A stretch of DNA of 41,222 bases from Macrostomum lignano (taxonomy: Eukaryota). The notes under the pieces were generated by a model, which was not told the origin of the DNA, did no database searches, and worked only from the letters and a program-made list of their open reading frames with translations. The position numbers and the translations under genes are program-made. Shown piece after piece: positions 35,961 through 41,222 of the stretch (position 1 is its first letter; every line of letters starts with the position of its first letter). The DNA is taken from positions 546,171 to 587,392 of the forward strand of contig NIVC01000551.1 of assembly GCA_002269645.1 (NCBI GenBank). The letters are read 5' to 3'.

Positions 35961-36217
35961 TTATCCCCCCCAATTTAAATAAACCCTCAGACTCCACACA
36001 GAACCTCTACCCCTGCCGAGCCGCCCAATTTTATTATTGCCCCTCCTCGATTGTTCCAGCCTAATTCCGCCATGTACATTTCAGTGAACCAATTAGCAAG
36101 CTGTTTAACGCCTGCAAGCTTGGACTTCTATTTATAAAAGAAGCTTATGTATTATCCATTGCTACAGATCTGAAAGTAGAAAGCTGTTATCTTGTCATGA
36201 CCCCCCCCTGTCCGTAG

Positions 36218-36563
36218 GTACCGGCTGGACCACCTGATCACCTACATCTACCAGGTGCTTAGATACAGTCCCAGCAACATTCGCTTAACCGAATTCAATC
36301 GAACACTGCCATTCAAGCTGCAAATGCGCCTGATAAATTTCGTCCGGCCGGTCAGTCCGCCCTACTCGCTAGACCGGATCGAACGAGAATTTGTGACTGA
36401 CACCCTGACGCCTGGCAATCCGACACTGGCCGATCTGGGTGTGCAGCTCACCCCGCTGGAGCACCGGATTCACTGGGAGATCAAGCCGTACCGGCTGTAC
36501 AACTACTACTGGGCCAGCATTGGCGAGTTCCCCGAGCCCGACCCGCCGCCTCTGGCTCATTAA
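36218..36563 (+). CDS. NDUFA9: NDUFA9 terminal exon
   Basis: Acceptor tccgtag|G, phase 2, giving GPHRYRLDHLITYIYQV. Continues through DRIERE...LADLGVQLTPLE...IGEFPEPDPP to TAA. Confidence 0.92.
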
Positions 36564-36869
36564 AATCAGAACTTGATTGTGTCCCCAGCTTTGTTGTTGA
36601 CTGACCTATCATAGATGCTTCTGTTACAGACTGGAACACACCCTCAGATGCGCTAGTTTATTCATTGTTTAATAGTTATTATTTGGGTAGGTAGGTAGCT
36701 AGCTAGTGTTCTTTAATTTAGATAAAATATTATTAAACTTACTAACGCCATTGTGGGCTCCCTTAATGTTAAGTAAATATAATATAATATTGGCACATGT
36801 GCCCGATTGGGAGCTGTCTATGCAATTTTTTTTTCACGGGTATATCTGTCTCTTTTCTTTTGATTTTGT

Positions 36870-37235
36870 TTGACAGGTGGTATTATAAACAGTCACAGGT
36901 GCTAATTATCTAAAGTCTAGTGGTAATTATCTAGAGTCTTAGGTGTTATTGTCTAGTCACAGGTAGTAATTTTCTAGAGTCACAGGTGGTAATTATCTAG
37001 AGTCACAGGTGGTAATTATCTAGAGTCACAGGTGGTAATTATCTAGAGTCTTAAGTGCTATTGTCTAGAGTCACATGTGGTAATTATCTAGAGTCACAGG
37101 TGGTAATTATCTAGAGTCACAGGTGGTAATTATCTAGAGTCTTAAGTGCTATTGTCTAGAGTCACATGTGGTAATTATCTAGAGTCACATGTGGTAATTA
37201 TCTAGAGTCACAGGTGGTAATTATCTAGAGTCTTA
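36870..37235. repeat. 23-bp minisatellite (GAGTCACAGGTGGTAATTATCTA), about 15 units
   Basis: Read directly. A variant unit gagtcttaagtgctattgtcta recurs within the array. Confidence 0.93.
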
Positions 37236-37396
37236 AATAGTATTATTTAAGAGTGAAAAAAAGGTTTTTTTATTGTAGTGGATAAAAAATTTTCTGATGG
37301 AGAGTCATACTTATTTTTCTAATTAATATTTGTTTATTTATTCTGCAGCAATTATTTGGTAATACAAAAATTACTTTATTGCTTTTTTCAGGCCCT

Positions 37397-38173
37397 ATGG
37401 ATTGCCGGATTATCGTTTTTTCAACAATAATCTTTGTATGCCAGCTACTTGATTCCGTGGCACAGGAATTGTCATATCCTTTCAGTTTCAACATTTGCAA
37501 GGATAGAATTAATGTAAGATTGCTTCAAGCTTGCTCGAATCAAAGCGAGAATTATTTTAACTCGCAATGCGAGTGTCAGAGCTGCACAATTGTGAAACAA
37601 AGATGCTTTTCAAATCCTAATGACTTAATCTGTCCGAAATATCGTGAGCTAAACTATTGCGCACTGAATACTACAAGCAGTGGCAATGCTAGTAGTTTCA
37701 CTCCTACCACCAGTGCGAGAGGCGTAGAGTCTACTAGCGGAGCTACTGATAATCTGTTGTTAACTACCGACAGCAACGGCAAAGTCTATGACGGTCTGTC
37801 CACTGCAGTGAAGATAACAATTCCTATTCTAATTATCATAGTTGTTGTAATCGGAATAGCGGTGTTCATTCGATTGAAGTACGCCGACGTGATAAGAGTG
37901 AAGTTTACTAGCTTTTGTCGCCTGTTGCCTAGGAGTCGGCAAGCACATACTCAGCCGCCATTAGCAGCTTTTGAAAACAACAGCGCGATCCAGCAGAACA
38001 ATACTAACGGCAGAGTAAGCGTGCTCAGTGAGCCTACTGTAATTGAATCGGTATCTCCTCTGCTTGATGAGCAGCAGCAGCAGCAGCAGCATGTGGAAAA
38101 TGGCTCGGATTATGAGCCGGTAGTGGTCGACATACCAGACACTCCTGACCCTGCTCCGCAAGCCAATGCCTGA
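37397..38173 (+). CDS. Type I membrane protein with an 8-Cys ectodomain (TNFR/Grindelwald-like CRD?), paralog 1
   Basis: Intronless ORF; the ATG is at 37397 (the track start at 37379 is TTG). Signal-peptide-like N-terminus, C-x11-C-x11-C-x-C-x2-C-x6-C-x8-C-x8-C, Ser/Thr stalk, TM ITIPILIIIVVVIGIAVFI followed by RLK. AATAAA at 38411. Confidence 0.85.
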   Translation: MDCRIIVFSTIIFVCQLLDSVAQELSYPFSFNICKDRINVRLLQACSNQSENYFNSQCECQSCTIVKQRCFSNPNDLICPKYRELNYCALNTTSSGNASSFTPTTSARGVESTSGATDNLLLTTDSNGKVYDGLSTAVKITIPILIIIVVVIGIAVFIRLKYADVIRVKFTSFCRLLPRSRQAHTQPPLAAFENNSAIQQNNTNGRVSVLSEPTVIESVSPLLDEQQQQQQHVENGSDYEPVVVDIPDTPDPAPQANA

Positions 38174-39862
38174 ACTGTTGGGTCATTCGAAAATTTAAAG
38201 CGTTTTTGTACGAATTGTTAATTTGTCATAACGAATAATACAACAGCCGCTCCAACCTAGGTCTGTAATCTGTAAAATTAACCATCTTTGAACAAAACAA
38301 TCGTATTTGTTAAAGAAAGTTTTTAGCAGACAAAAATTATGTATGCATAATGATAAAAATCACCACAAAAAGACGACGTATAATCAGGAACTATTATGTA
38401 AACTTAAGCTAATAAAGTGGTGTCCCGAATTATCCCTTCGCTTGTTCTCCCCTATCCTAGGTCCAATTTTTTGTCACTTTTTCGCCCAACCCAGCTTCCT
38501 GGTGTCACTGTGAGCATAATGACGTATCATTTGTATATTGGGCTCCACTTTATAAGCTTAAGTTGACAAACTTTATAGTAAGCAGAGAAAGAGATTTAAG
38601 ATCACTTGAAATAACACACATTAGCAGCTGTAAAATCCATTCAAAAATCCAAATTCTGCTTCTTGTGTCCCCAATGCTTAAAGTAGTAATCGTCAATATT
38701 TCTGCAACATTTTTATTTATATATCTGTGATCATCCTTTTGCGTCACTCTGCCTCAAAAAATATCGTGTGAAGTATTCCAATTCCCAATTGTTTTTTTTT
38801 ACATAAGCCTTGTTCTGTTTTAAACAGCACCAGATAAACATCACTAAAGAAAATGTACACTGTACTTAAAAAATTTAAATGTCTTTATGCGTCTTTCTTT
38901 CTAGTTTTTAAAACAGCTAAATTACCAAGTGTGACTTAAAACCTGCTATTTGACTATCAATGTTGCTGTTGTTGTTAATAGCAATGGTCAGGTTGCCAGC
39001 GTGGCCAGGAAAACGGTGCTAGATGTTGCGTCACCCCGTTCGCGCTATGGCATTTAAAAGACAACGCCTAATGCGCTACCAGACCACTCGCAACGATGAA
39101 CCAAATGTTTTACGCGGTGGGATCGGCATATATTAATTTAATAATGCGTCATTTTTTCACTGGCAAATATTATTCCGTTTTGTACATTCGAAGCACAACA
39201 TATTGCGAGCCCATGTCAAAATATTAAATTGTGCGTTTTCGTTCCGGCCCTATTTGCATATGCTCTCTCATATCTGCTTATATTATACTTGGCATTCAAT
39301 GCTAGTGTGTAGCTGGAGAATAACTTTTTATATGTTTTCGAAAAACTATTGTGTTTGAAATAACGAAAGCAATTAATCAAAATAAAAAGAAGCTTATTTA
39401 ATATCTGCAGTTGTTTTTTTGTATTTTTTGTTTGCACGTTATTTTATCAATTTTAAATTATTACTTCCAAGCGCCACTTGATCTGTTGTAAACATTGTAA
39501 ATTTTGCTTGGTAAAAATAAACGTCATAAATTTAATATTGATGTCTTTAAAATTTAATTCACTGCTTTAAATAAGTATTTATGGCTACAAAATATTAAAG
39601 GCCCTTATAGTCTCATAAGGCAAGATGACAAATGGTAGACTTTTTTATTTTAATGCAGAAATAGTACTGGTAAAGAGTTGATTTTTTGTACTTTTTCAGT
39701 TACAGATTCTGTTCATCTTAACGAAATGATTTTTAAATGTATCCACTACTTGTTTGTATATCAATGTCGTCTATATGCTCTCTTTAAATGCCTTGCTAAA
39801 ATTTCATTACAGTGAGCTAAAACGGGCTGCGATAGCGCTCTCTTCCCTGGAGAAGTCTGGTG

Positions 39863-40735
39863 ATGGCAGCAAATAACCAAATTTGGAAATTTCTGACTTT
39901 TGTAACTCTGATTCAGATCAACTTGATGTCTAATTTGGTTCTGTCGATGAGTGTAAAAAATCCACTGAGCTACCCAATGAGTCGGTACGAGTGCGTCCGG
40001 CAAACTCAGAACATGCTAAATTGCTCCGAAAATGAGTACTACGATGTCCACTGCACTTGTGTACATTGTGAGGCCACTTGGCAGTATTGCAGTCAGCCAC
40101 ATCCTAGTGACGAGTTTTGTTCAAAATTAAAAGAATTGTATTACTGCGACAACAGTACCAAAACTACTACTTTGCCTTCTACAAGCGCTAGTACAACACG
40201 TGAAGCTTCCACCATCACCCATCTTTCCACATTGAACAGTGTCGCTTCGGTTGCTAGTAGATTTGCGTTCACTAATAATAATGCTGCAGCTGCCTATAAT
40301 TATCAGTCAACTACAAACTATGAGCAGCCAGATTATGTTGTCTTTCTTGCTATAGGTTTGGTATTAATTATAATTGTCGCAGCACTAGTAGCAGCACTGC
40401 TTCTTGGCCGTACATACTCAAAGAGATTGCCAAAGTTTATGCAACAATGGCGCATATTCGGTCGGGCCGCTTCGGTACCGTCATCGCCTCCAGAGCAGAC
40501 TCAGTCGTCCCGACCGCTGCTAGCGCGCAGCCTAAGCGCCGGAGTCACTCAGACGACACCGCCTGCGCAACTACTAGACGTGATGGATCCAGTCCTGACA
40601 GGCAGTACGCCAGGCATTCCAGCTAGTGGCACTACCGAGCAACAGTCTGCTACGCCTGGAAGCAGGCGCGATCAAGACAATGCGCGCAAAAAAGTGGCAG
40701 CATCTGCTAGTGCCAATGCCACTAGTAGCTTTTGA
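39863..40735 (+). CDS. Type I membrane protein with an 8-Cys ectodomain, paralog 2
   Basis: ATG at 39863. C-x9-C-x9-C-x-C-x2-C-x6-C-x9-C-x8-C, Thr/Ser stalk, TM VVFLAIGLVLIIIVAALVAALLL. AATAAA at 41147. Confidence 0.85.
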   Translation: MAANNQIWKFLTFVTLIQINLMSNLVLSMSVKNPLSYPMSRYECVRQTQNMLNCSENEYYDVHCTCVHCEATWQYCSQPHPSDEFCSKLKELYYCDNSTKTTTLPSTSASTTREASTITHLSTLNSVASVASRFAFTNNNAAAAYNYQSTTNYEQPDYVVFLAIGLVLIIIVAALVAALLLGRTYSKRLPKFMQQWRIFGRAASVPSSPPEQTQSSRPLLARSLSAGVTQTTPPAQLLDVMDPVLTGSTPGIPASGTTEQQSATPGSRRDQDNARKKVAASASANATSSF

Positions 40736-41222
40736 GGATGCCAAATTTATTCAACACTTATTCAAGAATGGAAGCCTTTGTTATTCTATGATCTGAGGCA
40801 AAGCTAATATGTCAAACTCACTTTTTATCCTAGTGCAATGAAGGCGGACCAGAGCGCAAAGCAAAGAAACAAATCCACGAGGTAACCGCGTGATTTTATG
40901 GCTACAAGTTATGGTTGTGTCTGTTCTTGGCAATTTTTCTAAAAACACGTGCGTATTTTTGGACAAATTGATTTATTCTTAGCGCCATTTACGAGTAAAA
41001 CAATCCATATGTACACATTCCGCTTATATGTTGATATTGTGTATCTTATGGTAATTTTTTTAACAATATGAAGCGCCATATTTAATCAGTTTTATGCTAC
41101 TTATAAATTATCAGGTGCTAATTTTATTCTAAATTGTTTTCATTTTAATAAATTGAATAATTATTTGTGTAGCAATAGTTATTTAATGTATTATCGTTCA
41201 TTTGCTGATATTTCGTTAATAA

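Overview
Eukaryotic (metazoan invertebrate) genomic DNA with spliceosomal introns, GC-rich and low-complexity coding exons, and an AT-rich, transposon-filled middle. The composition is reminiscent of a flatworm such as Macrostomum, but that is only an impression. Four host genes are supported. (1) A minus-strand GPATCH8/ZNF804-family gene, reconstructed from five exons (13923->7114, 1440 aa); its expected N-terminal G-patch and zinc-finger exons were not found in the window. (2) NDUFA9 on the plus strand (two exons found; start exon unresolved). (3, 4) Two intronless paralogous type I membrane proteins sharing an 8-cysteine ectodomain. The rest is minisatellites and transposons: a THAP/P-like relic, a Sola-like element, three MITEs, and a nested set in which an RNase H-bearing LINE is split by a 4.7-kb hAT element that itself carries two SINEs. 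Each of those SINE families has a second, inverted copy in the NDUFA9 intron. No CRISPR, rRNA or true tRNA was seen. The best leads are the uncharacterised receptor pair, an array of about 25 decoy 3' splice sites inside the splicing-factor gene, and the hAT/MITE pair with matching termini. None is proven to be a new system from sequence alone. All homology calls come from recalled motifs, not from database searches.
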